NCBI GenBank assembly: GCA_048571215.1 | Contig: CP182352.1 | Span: 3,488,001-3,552,000 of the forward strand | DNA length: 64,000 nt | Direction: 5' to 3' | From: Halarcobacter sp. | GTDB taxonomy: Bacteria; Campylobacterota; Campylobacteria; Campylobacterales; Arcobacteraceae | Part shown: positions 40,131-50,141 of the stretch, one piece after another | How positions within the stretch are numbered: position 1 is the first letter of the stretch | Layout: each line of letters begins with the position of its first letter | Notes under the pieces: model-generated | What the model was told of the DNA's origin: nothing | The model's input: the letters and a program-made list of their open reading frames with translations, nothing else | The model's database searches: none | Position numbers and translations under genes: made by a program

Positions 40131-40712
40131 TTGAGCGAAAAAACTGAAAATATACAAGAAGAATTGAATGAACAAGGTCAAGAAGAGCAAAATGTCGAGC
40201 TTGTTGATGATTCAAAAGAGCAAGAGAGTAAAGAATCAACTTCAGAAGACAAAATTGCAGAACTTGAAACTAAATTAAAAGAGTGTGAAGATAAATATTT
40301 AAGAGTTCATGCCGATTTTGAAAACATTAAAAAAAGATTGGAAAAAGAAAAGTATCAAGCAATAGATTATGCAAGTGAAAAGTTTGCAAAAGATTTACTT
40401 TCACCGATTGATACTTTAGAGATGGCATTAGCGGCTGAAGAAGCTTCGAAAGAATTGCCAACTGAAGAACTTTTAGCAAAGTTAAAAGAGGGTGTAGAGC
40501 TTACGATTAAGAATTTTTATACAGCCTTTGAAAAACATGATATTACAATAGTTGATACAGATGGTGAATTTGATCCAAATTACCATGATGCAGTTATGCA
40601 AGTAGATAGTATAGATCATGAAGATGGACAAATTGTTCAAAGACTTCAAAAAGGGTATAAGTTCAAAGACAGGTTATTAAGACCTGCGATGGTTAGTATT
40701 TGTAAAAAGTAA
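40131..40712 (+). CDS. grpE: Nucleotide exchange factor GrpE
   Basis: [27 protein letters not shown]...[11 protein letters not shown] start after AGGAG. Confidence 0.97.
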   Translation: MSEKTENIQEELNEQGQEEQNVELVDDSKEQESKESTSEDKIAELETKLKECEDKYLRVHADFENIKKRLEKEKYQAIDYASEKFAKDLLSPIDTLEMALAAEEASKELPTEELLAKLKEGVELTIKNFYTAFEKHDITIVDTDGEFDPNYHDAVMQVDSIDHEDGQIVQRLQKGYKFKDRLLRPAMVSICKK

Positions 40713-40962
40713 AACTTTTTACAAATAAATGAATAGGGAATAAGTAATAATGAATAATAAAAAATCATTATTCGCTATTCACTATTAGTTATTCATTTGA
40801 AGCGAAGCTTCAATGACCGTAATGTCATAAAACTATAAATATAAAATATAAACAACAATGAAGGTGAAATAAACAAGCTTCTGCTTGTCCTTTAGGATTG
40901 GTTCTTAGTTTGAATTTATTTCAAGCGTTAAAGAACATTAGATATGAAAGGTCCCTTCATTT
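40697..40962 (+). repeat. Highly structured grpE-dnaK spacer: inverted heptamer repeats and a multibranch hairpin
   Basis: 14-bp perfect IR at 40697-40727; AATGAAT-type heptamers at 40728-40797; TGAAGC-GAA-GCTTCA; AATGAAGG/CCTTCATT closing a domain. Confidence 0.65.
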
Positions 40963-40987
40963 TATAAAATAAAATTAAGGAATTAAA

Positions 40988-42883
40988 ATGAGTAAAGTTA
41001 TTGGTATAGATTTAGGTACAACAAACTCTTGTATGGCAGTTTATGAAGGTGGTGATGCAAAGGTTATTCCTAATAAAGAGGGAAAAAACACAACACCTTC
41101 TATTGTTGCTTTTACAGATAAAGGTGAGGTTTTAGTTGGTGATCCAGCAAAAAGACAAGCTATTACAAACCCTGAAAAAACTATTTATTCTGTAAAAAGA
41201 ATTATGGGTTTAATGATGGATGAAGAAAATGCTAAAGAAGCACAAGAAAAAGTTGGATATAAAATTGTAAATAGAAATGGTGCAGCAGCAGTTGAAATTG
41301 GAGATAAAGTATATACTCCTCAAGAGATTTCTGCAAAAATTTTAGGTAAATTAAAAACTGATGCAGAAGAGTATTTAGGACAAGCTGTAACTGATGCAGT
41401 TATTACTGTACCTGCATACTTCAATGATGCACAAAGAAAAGCGACTCAAGAAGCAGGAACAATTGCAGGACTTAATGTATTAAGAATTATCAATGAGCCA
41501 ACAGCTGCATCATTAGCTTATGGACTTGATAAAAAAGGTGAAGAAAAAGTTCTTGTATACGATTTAGGTGGTGGTACATTTGACGTTACTGTTCTAGAAA
41601 TTGGTGATGGAACATTTGAAGTACTTTCAACTGATGGTAATGCATTCCTAGGTGGAGATGACTTTGATAATAGAATTATTGATTGGTTAGCAAAAGAGTT
41701 CAAAGATGAAAACGGATTTGATATCAAAACTGATAAAATGGCATTACAAAGATTAAAAGATGCAGCTGAAAATGCGAAAAAAGAGCTTTCATCTGCTGAA
41801 TCAACAGAGATTAACTTACCATTTATCTCTATGGGAAATGCAGGACCAGTTCACTTAGTTAAATCATTAACAAGAGCAAAATTTGAGTCAATGACTGAAG
41901 ATTTAATCAAAGAAACTTTAGATCATATTAAAACTGCTCTTAAAGATGCAGGTTTAGATAAAGGTGATATTCAAGAGATTATTATGGTTGGTGGATCTAC
42001 TAGATTACCAAAAGCAAATTCTGTTGTTAAAGAATTCTTTGGAAAAGATTTAAATAAAGGTGTAAACCCAGATGAAGTTGTTGCCGCTGGTGCTGCTGTT
42101 CAAGCTGGTGTATTAAAAGGTGATGTTAAAGATGTATTATTACTAGATGTTACTCCTTTATCACTTGGTATTGAAACTTTAGGTGGAGTATTAACAAAAC
42201 TTATTGAAAAAGGTACTACAATTCCAGTTAAAAAATCTCAAGTTTTCTCAACTGCTGAAGATAATCAACCAGCAGTATCTATTCATGTAGGTCAAGGGGA
42301 AAGAGAATTTGCAAAAGATAACAAATCTTTAGGTATGTTTGAATTATCAGATATTCCAGCAGCACCAAGAGGTGTTCCTCAAATTGAAGTAACATTTGAT
42401 ATTGATGCAAATGGGGTTTTAAATGTAAGTGCTAAAGATAAAGGTACTGGAAAAGAAAACAAAATTACTATCTCTGGTTCATCTGGATTAAGTGATGAAG
42501 AGATTGAAAAAATGGTAAATGAAGCAGAAGCTAATAAAGAAGCAGATGCTAAGAAAAAAGAGGTAATTGAGATTAGAAATCAAGCTGATGCTTTATTACA
42601 CTCAACAAGAAAAACTTTAGAAGAAAATGAAAGTGCTGTTTCAGAAGAAGAGAAACAAAAAATCATTGATGCAGCAGCAGCTTTAGAAGAAACTTTAAAA
42701 GATGAAAATGCTACAAAAGAGCAAATTGAAGAGAAAGTAAAAGCTTTAACTGAGGTTTCTCATAAATTAGCTGAAGCAATGTATAAAAAAGAGGGTGGTG
42801 ACCAAGCAGGTGCTGCTGGTGCACAACCAAATGCAAAAGCTAAAAAAGATGACGATGATGTTATCGATGCTGAGGTTGAATAA
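40988..42883 (+). CDS. dnaK: Chaperone DnaK
   Basis: [29 protein letters not shown], terminal DAEVE. Confidence 0.99.
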   Translation: MSKVIGIDLGTTNSCMAVYEGGDAKVIPNKEGKNTTPSIVAFTDKGEVLVGDPAKRQAITNPEKTIYSVKRIMGLMMDEENAKEAQEKVGYKIVNRNGAAAVEIGDKVYTPQEISAKILGKLKTDAEEYLGQAVTDAVITVPAYFNDAQRKATQEAGTIAGLNVLRIINEPTAASLAYGLDKKGEEKVLVYDLGGGTFDVTVLEIGDGTFEVLSTDGNAFLGGDDFDNRIIDWLAKEFKDENGFDIKTDKMALQRLKDAAENAKKELSSAESTEINLPFISMGNAGPVHLVKSLTRAKFESMTEDLIKETLDHIKTALKDAGLDKGDIQEIIMVGGSTRLPKANSVVKEFFGKDLNKGVNPDEVVAAGAAVQAGVLKGDVKDVLLLDVTPLSLGIETLGGVLTKLIEKGTTIPVKKSQVFSTAEDNQPAVSIHVGQGEREFAKDNKSLGMFELSDIPAAPRGVPQIEVTFDIDANGVLNVSAKDKGTGKENKITISGSSGLSDEEIEKMVNEAEANKEADAKKKEVIEIRNQADALLHSTRKTLEENESAVSEEEKQKIIDAAAALEETLKDENATKEQIEEKVKALTEVSHKLAEAMYKKEGGDQAGAAGAQPNAKAKKDDDDVIDAEVE

Positions 42884-42900
42884 TATCTAGTTTGTAAGTT

Positions 42901-42943
42901 TTAAGTTGGAAGAGTTAGAAAAGTCTAGTTCTTCCCAACTTAA
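42901..42943 (+). terminator. Long hairpin after dnaK
   Basis: TTAAGTTGGAAGAGTTAG...CTAGTTCTTCCCAACTTAA. Confidence 0.65.
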
Positions 42944-42973
42944 TTAAAAGCTACTAACTTAGCAAATAAATTT

Positions 42974-43255
42974 ATGCAAACAATAATTCTACTAATAATT
43001 CTTTTTCTAATAACAATTTTTTCTGTTATGTTATACTTTAAAAATAAACACTCAAGGGTTGATAAACTAAATTCAGGAGAGTGCCCCTCTTGTGGTCAGA
43101 AAACAAAAACCTTTTATGATGAAAATACAAAAACTACTTTTAAATCAGAAGTTATAAAAGCAAGATTGCTCAAAGGTGATTGTTGCTCAGGTGTAAAAGA
43201 GATTGAATACACTTGTAAATCATGTGGATTAAAAGAAGTATATTCTCAAGTTTAG
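42974..43255 (+). CDS. Small membrane-anchored zinc-ribbon protein
   Basis: N-terminal TM segment; CPSCG...CC...CKSCG. Confidence 0.7.
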   Translation: MQTIILLIILFLITIFSVMLYFKNKHSRVDKLNSGECPSCGQKTKTFYDENTKTTFKSEVIKARLLKGDCCSGVKEIEYTCKSCGLKEVYSQV

Positions 43256-43310
43256 CTTTTATTAACTTTTAGATGCTAATATTTCAATCAAATATTAAAA
43301 AAGGTTTTTT

Positions 43311-44402
43311 ATGAGGTATCTTATATTTTCAATTTTTTCTTTAATTTTACTTTTTACAGGGTGTACTCCCAAATATGAAACAATAAGCAAAGTATCAAAA
43401 AAAGCAAAACTTAAAAAAATCACATTTGAACAAATAGATGGTTTTTATGAAGATGATTTAAATTATGCTTTTGAAGTTTTCAAAAAAGATTGCAAAAGAG
43501 CAAAGAGGTTTGAACTACTTAAAAATGTATGTGAAAAGGCAAATCAATATACTAATGCCTCGGAATTTTTTACTACAAATTTTACCCCTTATGAACTTAT
43601 AAATTCAGATGGTTCAAATTTAGGAACTATAACAGGATATTATGAACCACTTTTACATGGAAGTTTGGAAAAAACTGAAAAATATAAATATCCAGTTTAT
43701 AAATCTCCTGATGATATGATTACTGTTAAATTAACTTCAATTTACCCAGAGCTAAAAAAATATAGATTAAGGGGAAAAATAAAAGGTAATACTTTAATCC
43801 CTTATGATGATAGGGAAGCGATTAAAAAAAGGGATGATTTAGAGGCTATTTGTTATGTTGATGATAAACTTGATTTATTTTTTCTTCAAATTCAAGGTTC
43901 AGGTAAAGTAAAACTTGAAAATGGAGATATTTTAAATATAGGTTATGCAAATCAAAATGGACATAAATATACAGGTATTGGACGACTTTTATTAAATGAA
44001 AAAGTTCTTCAAGGTTATGGAGCTTCTATGCAAGGTATAAAAGCTTATTTAAAAGATAACCCACAAAGAGTTGATGAAGTTCTAAATAAAAATAAGAGTT
44101 ATATCTTTTTTTCAAAAAGAGATAGTGGAGCAGTTGGAGCTTTGGGTACACCTTTAGTTGCTTATAGAAATTTAGCAGTTGATAGAAGATACATACCTTT
44201 AGGGATGCCTGTATTTATAAATACAAAGAATTCTGTTACCCAAGATAAAATTTCAAACTTAACGGTTGCAGCTGATGTAGGTGGAGCTATAAATGGTCAA
44301 ATACGTGCAGACTTTTTTTATGGATTTGGTAAAGATGCAGAAGTTTATGCAGGTGGGATGCATGAAAAAGGAAGCTTAACAGTTCTAATTCCCAACGAGT
44401 AA
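43311..44402 (+). CDS. mltA: Membrane-bound lytic murein transglycosylase A
   Basis: Lipobox FTGC; TGYYEP, FFLQIQGSG, SYIFF, AVD..IPLG, DVGGAI.G..RADFF.G. Confidence 0.94.
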   Translation: MRYLIFSIFSLILLFTGCTPKYETISKVSKKAKLKKITFEQIDGFYEDDLNYAFEVFKKDCKRAKRFELLKNVCEKANQYTNASEFFTTNFTPYELINSDGSNLGTITGYYEPLLHGSLEKTEKYKYPVYKSPDDMITVKLTSIYPELKKYRLRGKIKGNTLIPYDDREAIKKRDDLEAICYVDDKLDLFFLQIQGSGKVKLENGDILNIGYANQNGHKYTGIGRLLLNEKVLQGYGASMQGIKAYLKDNPQRVDEVLNKNKSYIFFSKRDSGAVGALGTPLVAYRNLAVDRRYIPLGMPVFINTKNSVTQDKISNLTVAADVGGAINGQIRADFFYGFGKDAEVYAGGMHEKGSLTVLIPNE

Positions 44403-44429
44403 CAATATAGACTCTAAGAGTCTATATTG
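44403..44429. terminator. Hairpin between convergent genes
   Basis: CAATATAGACTC-TAA-GAGTCTATATTG. Confidence 0.7.
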
Positions 44430-44431
44430 AA

Positions 44432-44671
44432 CTAGTTACAGTGTCCACCACCACAACATCCAGATGGTTTGTCTTGTGCAAATGTAATCACAAAGTTATC
44501 ATTAAACTCAACTAAATCAAAATCGTGTTTACCACAGAACTCATCATTCATTTGATTTTTCATCTCAATTGCTTTGCTTAAAGCATCATCTTTTGATTCA
44601 ATTTGTAAATTATTATCTAAAGTACTTTTTTTAAAACAACCACACTCTTTTTCTACTTTTATTGTAAACAT
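44432..44671 (-). CDS. Small Cys/His-rich hypothetical protein
   Basis: SD AAGGA; ECGC, FCGKH, CCGGGHC. Confidence 0.75.
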   Translation of the reverse strand: MFTIKVEKECGCFKKSTLDNNLQIESKDDALSKAIEMKNQMNDEFCGKHDFDLVEFNDNFVITFAQDKPSGCCGGGHCN

Positions 44672-44822
44672 CTATATTTCCTTTTATAAATTTTTGTATT
44701 TCTAAATCGAAGATTATCACATTTACTTCAAAAAAATCTTAGGTATTTATTTTAAATAGTAATTTTAAAAATCAAGATAAGTTTAGGTAGAATACAAAAA
44801 ATTGATAAAAATAGGGTTTTTA

Positions 44823-45626
44823 ATGCATATAACAAATTTGATTTCTCAGTATTTTGGAAAGTTTGCGAAAACTGAATTTCCTTCTCTTATTCAAAGATTT
44901 ATAAACAACAGTTATGTGAAGTTTTTGAATCTTGATATGAGTGAATTTAGAAATGGTAAATATTATAAATCTTTAAATGATTTATTTACAAGAGAGTTAG
45001 CAATCCCAAGAGAAATTAACAATGATAAAGATAATTTTATCTCTCCAACAGATAGTTTAATTACCCAATGTGGGGAGTTAAAAAAAGACTTGCTTTTACA
45101 AATAAAAGGGATGGAGTACAGTGTTGAAGAGCTTTTAACATATAGTTGTGCTAATAACTTTGATAAGTTGCAAGATGGAAAATATATGAATTTTTATCTT
45201 TCACCGAAAGATTATCATAGATATCATGCACCTAGTGATTTTAAAGTTACAAAACTTATCCATGTACCAGGGAAGCTTTATCCTGTAAATTTAAAATATT
45301 TAAATAAAAAATTAGACTTATTTATTGAAAATGAAAGGGTTATCTTAGAATGTATTTTTGAAGATAAACTTTTTTATATGGTATTTGTTGGAGCTTTAAA
45401 TGTGGGACAAATGGTTTTTAATTTTGAGCCTAGGGTTGAAACTAATATTGATGTAAAAGAGATAAAAGTTTATGAGTATGAAAATCTTACAATAAAAAAA
45501 GGTGATTGTTTAGGATACTTTAAAATGGGTTCAACTGTGGTAATGGTTTGGCAAAAAGATTTTGTAAAATTAAAGAACATAGTAGGTCGAGATGTGAGAT
45601 TTGGAGAAATAATTGCAAAGAGATAA
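44823..45626 (+). CDS. psd: Phosphatidylserine decarboxylase proenzyme
   Basis: SLNDLFTR, SPTD, YLSPKDYHRYHAP, NERV, VGALNVG, FKMGST self-cleavage motif. Confidence 0.95.
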   Translation: MHITNLISQYFGKFAKTEFPSLIQRFINNSYVKFLNLDMSEFRNGKYYKSLNDLFTRELAIPREINNDKDNFISPTDSLITQCGELKKDLLLQIKGMEYSVEELLTYSCANNFDKLQDGKYMNFYLSPKDYHRYHAPSDFKVTKLIHVPGKLYPVNLKYLNKKLDLFIENERVILECIFEDKLFYMVFVGALNVGQMVFNFEPRVETNIDVKEIKVYEYENLTIKKGDCLGYFKMGSTVVMVWQKDFVKLKNIVGRDVRFGEIIAKR

Positions 45627-45728
45627 GGGTTCTTAAAAAGAATAAATTTAGTTATCAAACTTTAAGATAATAAAAGTTTCTTTTTGTAAAAATAGAGTAT
45701 ATTTAATTAAATTATAAAAGGATTTAAA

Positions 45729-45959
45729 ATGGCAACAACAAAAATAGGAGAACTTCCATTACATGGAACAAAAAAAGGTCTAATTTCAATTTCAAATGTA
45801 AGTGAACCATATGGACAAGGAACTCCTGATATTGTAAGTATTGGTATCTTACTAAATGGAAAAGATGTAGAGTGGAAATCTCATATCCCATATGAGAATT
45901 TAGATGATGTAATAGAAATTTTACAAAAAGCAAGTGCGGCTAAAAAAGACTCAGAATAG
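45729..45959 (+). CDS. Small hypothetical protein
   Basis: SD AAAGGA, 76 aa, followed by a terminator. Confidence 0.75.
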   Translation: MATTKIGELPLHGTKKGLISISNVSEPYGQGTPDIVSIGILLNGKDVEWKSHIPYENLDDVIEILQKASAAKKDSE

Positions 45960-45968
45960 AGTCTTTTT
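45941..45968. terminator. Bidirectional terminator
   Basis: AAAAAAGACTC-AGAATA-GAGTCTTTTTT. Confidence 0.75.
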
Positions 45969-46324
45969 TATTTAAATTCAACATCTCTATTTTCTTGGCA
46001 CCACAATGCCATGCCTCCCATCAAATGAGCAACATTTTTATATCCATGTTGTTGAATTAAAAAATCTCCAACAACTCTAGTTCTATTTGCATGGGCACAG
46101 ATTAATACAAAAGTTTCTTCCTTTGATTTAACTATTTTTTCAAACTCCCTAAGCCAAGTTGGAATATCATGATTCCCATATTCATCAAAAAATGTTAATT
46201 TATAAGCATTTTTAATGGTTCCTGTATCTTCCCATTCTTCAGCTCTTCTAATATCAATCATCGGAATATTATCTTCAATCATAAACTCAACACTTTTAGG
46301 TGGTAAGTCAATAAGGGTACTCAT
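45968..46324 (-). CDS. Rhodanese-like protein
   Basis: IDIRRAEEW..TGTI..A, LICAHANRT, HLMGGM..W. Confidence 0.9.
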   Translation of the reverse strand: MSTLIDLPPKSVEFMIEDNIPMIDIRRAEEWEDTGTIKNAYKLTFFDEYGNHDIPTWLREFEKIVKSKEETFVLICAHANRTRVVGDFLIQQHGYKNVAHLMGGMALWCQENRDVEFK

Positions 46325-46477
46325 CTTAAAAACCTTTATCTATTTTGAATTATATTATCAAAAAAGGCTTGATAGTTTTATAAATATTTATTATAATTCA
46401 AAATATTAAATTAACTGTATTAATTAACAAACTCTTTACAATATTTCAATATAATAACATTAAAAAAAGGTTGATGT

Positions 46478-46846
46478 GTGTTAAAAAAGAGTTTTGTTAT
46501 ATTATTATTTAGTTATATTTCGCTTTTTGGTTTTGAGCATTTAAATCCATTGGATATGAAAGAAAAACTAGAGAATAAAAAAGTTGTTATTGATTTTTAT
46601 GCTACTTGGTGTCCCCCTTGTAAAATAGTTGCACAAAATTTAGTTGAGTTTGATAAGATAAAACCTAAAGATGTTTTTATATATAAAGTGGATGTTGATG
46701 AGTATAAAGAGATAGCACTTGATTATGGTGTTCAAGGATTACCAACTTTGGCATACTTTAAAAATGGTAAACTTGTGGCAAAAGAATTGGGTCTAAGAAG
46801 TGTAAAACAACTTTCACAAGATGTGAAAAAATATCTAGAAAAATAA
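46478..46846 (+). CDS. Exported thioredoxin-family protein
   Basis: Signal-like N terminus; DFYATWCPPCK, KVDVD, GLPT. Confidence 0.9.
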   Translation: MLKKSFVILLFSYISLFGFEHLNPLDMKEKLENKKVVIDFYATWCPPCKIVAQNLVEFDKIKPKDVFIYKVDVDEYKEIALDYGVQGLPTLAYFKNGKLVAKELGLRSVKQLSQDVKKYLEK

Positions 46847-46855
46847 GGAAGTTTT

Positions 46856-48592
46856 ATGAAAAAGATTTTATTGTTACTTGTTTGTTCAATCTTTGCTTTT
46901 GCAGTTGAGCAAAATTTCTTAGAACCTGAAGAAGCTTTCAAGGTAAAATTAACTCAAAATCAAGATGCTGTTAATATTAATATAGAACTTGGGAAAGATA
47001 TATATTTATATGATGATAAATTAAAAGTTGAATTAACTAAACCCAACAAAGAGGATATTACCTCAAAACTTGATATGCCAAAACCAGAAGCCTACCATGA
47101 GTTTATAGTGCATTTTAATAGTTTTAGTGTTGATGTACCAAATAGTTTAATATCTAAGTTAATTAGTGACAATAATTATGAGCTAACAATCTATTTTCAA
47201 GGTTGTTCAAAAGCTGGGCTTTGTTATGCTCCAATGAGTGAGAGTAAAAGTTTTAGTTTAAAAACGAACAAAGCAGAAACAAAAAGTGTTGCACAAAAAA
47301 AAGTTGCAAAAGATAGTCTAAATGAAACGGACTCTATTGCAAATAGTTTAAAAGATGGAAGTGTACTTTTAATACTAGCTACATTTTTTGGTTTTGGATT
47401 ACTTCTTTCTTTTACCCCATGCGTGTTTCCTATGATTCCTATATTATCATCAATTATTGTAAAAGCTGGAAATGAATCTCAAATGAGTGCTAAAAAAGGC
47501 TTTTTATTATCTTTGGTATATGTCTTAGCTATGAGTTTTGCATATACTATTGCAGGGGTTTTAGCAGGATTATTTGGAGCAAACTTACAAGCATCTTTAC
47601 AAAACCCTTATGTGTTAGTTGCCTTTGCTTTAATATTTGTGATTTTGGCTTTTTCTATGTTTGGATATTTTAAACTTGAACTCCCTCAAAGTTTACAGAA
47701 TAAAATAAATAAAACAACAGATGGAAAAGAGAAACAAGGTGTATTTGGAATAGCTATTATGGGATTTTTATCTGCACTTATTGTAGGACCTTGTGTTGCT
47801 CCTCCACTTGCAGGTGCTTTAGTATATATAGGTCAAACTGGGGATGCCATCTTAGGTGGAATGGCACTATTTGTGATGAGTTTAGGTATGGGAGTTCCTT
47901 TACTTGCTATAGGTATTGGAGCAGGAAAATTTATGCCAAAACCAGGTGGTTGGATGGATTCTGTAACCAAAATCTTTGGAATCATAATGCTAGCAATTGC
48001 AGTTTGGATGTTAGATAGAGTATTAGACCCAACACTAATTATGTTTTTATGGGCATTTTTATTAATAGGTGCTGCTTTATATTTAAAAATTTATGAACAT
48101 ATATTAGTAAGATTATTAACAACTGTAATTTTTATCTATGGGGTTTTAGTTTTTGTTGGAGCAGTAAGTGGAGCAACAAATGTTTTAAAACCTTTAGACT
48201 CTTTTAGTTCAACAAAAATAGTAAGAGCTAGTAGTAGTGCTTTAAACTTTACAAAAGTTAAAAATTTAGATGAGTTAGAAAAAGCAATAAAAGCTTCTAA
48301 AAAACCAGTTATGTTGGATTTTTGGGCTTCTTGGTGTGTAGCTTGTAAAGAGTTAGAAGAAAACACTTTTAAAGATGAAGATGTTATTAAAAAACTTTCT
48401 GGATTTACCCTTTTACAAGCTGATGTAACAGCTAATAATCAAGAAGATAAAGAGCTTATGAAAAGATTTTCTATCTTTGGACCTCCTGGAATTATCTTTT
48501 GGGATGAAAACAATAATGAAATTAGTAGTGCTAAGATTGTTGGATATAAAGATCCAAAAGAGTTTTTAGAGATAGTAAATAAGAATTTTTGA
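46856..48592 (+). CDS. dsbD: Thiol:disulfide interchange protein DsbD
   Basis: QGCSKAGLCYAP, FTPCVFPMIP, GPCVAPPL, DFWASWCVAC. Confidence 0.96.
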   Translation: MKKILLLLVCSIFAFAVEQNFLEPEEAFKVKLTQNQDAVNINIELGKDIYLYDDKLKVELTKPNKEDITSKLDMPKPEAYHEFIVHFNSFSVDVPNSLISKLISDNNYELTIYFQGCSKAGLCYAPMSESKSFSLKTNKAETKSVAQKKVAKDSLNETDSIANSLKDGSVLLILATFFGFGLLLSFTPCVFPMIPILSSIIVKAGNESQMSAKKGFLLSLVYVLAMSFAYTIAGVLAGLFGANLQASLQNPYVLVAFALIFVILAFSMFGYFKLELPQSLQNKINKTTDGKEKQGVFGIAIMGFLSALIVGPCVAPPLAGALVYIGQTGDAILGGMALFVMSLGMGVPLLAIGIGAGKFMPKPGGWMDSVTKIFGIIMLAIAVWMLDRVLDPTLIMFLWAFLLIGAALYLKIYEHILVRLLTTVIFIYGVLVFVGAVSGATNVLKPLDSFSSTKIVRASSSALNFTKVKNLDELEKAIKASKKPVMLDFWASWCVACKELEENTFKDEDVIKKLSGFTLLQADVTANNQEDKELMKRFSIFGPPGIIFWDENNNEISSAKIVGYKDPKEFLEIVNKNF

Positions 48593-48609
48593 TTAATTTT
48601 GAAGTGTCT

Positions 48610-48635
48610 AAAAGAAGAGCGTAAGCTCTTCTTTT
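48610..48635. terminator. Bidirectional terminator
   Basis: AAAAGAAGAGC-GTAA-GCTCTTCTTTT. Confidence 0.8.
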
Positions 48636-50044
48636 TAGATAAATATTAAAGCACCAACTATTATTACTGCTAGGTATAGGGCTCCGAAGATTGCACCTAA
48701 TCCCCACCATCTAGCCTGACTTATATATCCTGCACCGTACCAAATTGGTGAAGGTCCTGTTGCATATGGAGTTATGATACCCATAAGTCCTAAACTCCCT
48801 GCAAGTAAGATTGAAAATGGTATTAATTGTTCTGGTGTCATCAATTTTACAGCAATGGCTAAGAAGATTGGCATCAATGCAGTTGTATGCGCTGTTGTAC
48901 TTGCAAAGAAGTAGTGTAAGACAAAGAACAATAACAACATTGAGATAATCAACATTGTTGGAGTCATTCCTGCTAAGTATACTTCAGCACTGTTTCCAAT
49001 CCAAGTTAACACTCCAACTTTTTTAAGTCCTGCCGCCATAGCAACTAATGAAGCAAACCAGATAAGTACGTTAAAGGCTGCTTTATTTGAAATAACATCA
49101 TCCCAAGTAATCACTCGAGTACCAACCATAATGGCAACAATTGAAATTGCAGCTGTTGTAGAATGAATACCAAAATCTTTACCAAAAATCCACAAGAAGA
49201 GTGCTAAAACAGCTAAACCTGCCATTAATAACTCTTTTGAAGTGATTTTCCCCAGTTTTTTTAACTCTGTTGCTGCCCAAGCGGGTGCTTCAGGAGAAGT
49301 TTTTTGAGTTGGTGGATAAACCACATAGACTAACCATGGTGTAAGTAAGAACAATGGAATCATCAAAGGAATCATAATGCTTGCCCAAGCAGACCATGTG
49401 ACTGTGTTTCCTGTCCCTTGGTTGATTAAATCAACTGCAAGTAAGTTTGGTGCAAGTGCTGTTAAGAACATTGAACTTGTTACACACGTTGTTGCAATTG
49501 CAACCCAAGAGATATATGAACCTAGTTTTCGTGGTTCATTCTCTGGAGTTGAATCAAAAATTAATGGAATGTTACTTGCTACTGGATAAATAGTCCCTGC
49601 ACTTCTTGCTGTGTTAGATGGCATAAATGGTGCTAATATTAAGTCTGAGAATGCCACAGCATATCCAAGTCCCAATGAGCTTTTTCCCATGTATTTAATC
49701 ATAATAAGTGAAATTCTTCTACCGAGACCTGTTTTTTTATACCCTAATGCAAACATAAATGCTGCAAAAATAAGCCAAATTACTGTGTTAGAAAAACCAG
49801 AAAGTGCCCATGAAATACTAGCTTTTGCATTTCCCATTAATCCAAGTAATGCAACAATAGAAATCCCTGTGAATCCTACAAGCGCAGCTGGTACTGGCTC
49901 AACGATAAGTCCTACGACAACTGCAAAGAATACAGCTAAAAAGTGCCAAGCTTCAATGCTCAAACCTTCAGGTGCTGGAATAAACCAGAATACTAATAGT
50001 GTAGCAATTGGCACCAACGATTTAAAAGATAGAATCGGTGACAT
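48635..50044 (-). CDS. DASS-family di/tricarboxylate anion permease (CitT/TtdT-like)
   Basis: KTGLGRRI, PSNTARSAG, MFLTALAPNLL, HYFFAS.TAH, TPYATGPSPIWYG.GY. Confidence 0.93.
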   Translation of the reverse strand: MSPILSFKSLVPIATLLVFWFIPAPEGLSIEAWHFLAVFFAVVVGLIVEPVPAALVGFTGISIVALLGLMGNAKASISWALSGFSNTVIWLIFAAFMFALGYKKTGLGRRISLIMIKYMGKSSLGLGYAVAFSDLILAPFMPSNTARSAGTIYPVASNIPLIFDSTPENEPRKLGSYISWVAIATTCVTSSMFLTALAPNLLAVDLINQGTGNTVTWSAWASIMIPLMIPLFLLTPWLVYVVYPPTQKTSPEAPAWAATELKKLGKITSKELLMAGLAVLALFLWIFGKDFGIHSTTAAISIVAIMVGTRVITWDDVISNKAAFNVLIWFASLVAMAAGLKKVGVLTWIGNSAEVYLAGMTPTMLIISMLLLFFVLHYFFASTTAHTTALMPIFLAIAVKLMTPEQLIPFSILLAGSLGLMGIITPYATGPSPIWYGAGYISQARWWGLGAIFGALYLAVIIVGALIFI

Positions 50045-50141
50045 CTTAAACTCCTTAATTTATTTTTATAATTAAATTATAGAATTAAGTTAGGGATAAA
50101 AATAGGACTTTTTTGATAATATAAGAAAAAAAATAAGAAAT

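Noticed and set aside
40728..40797. CRISPR array
   Set aside because: The units are degenerate 7-mers without spacers and no cas genes are present.
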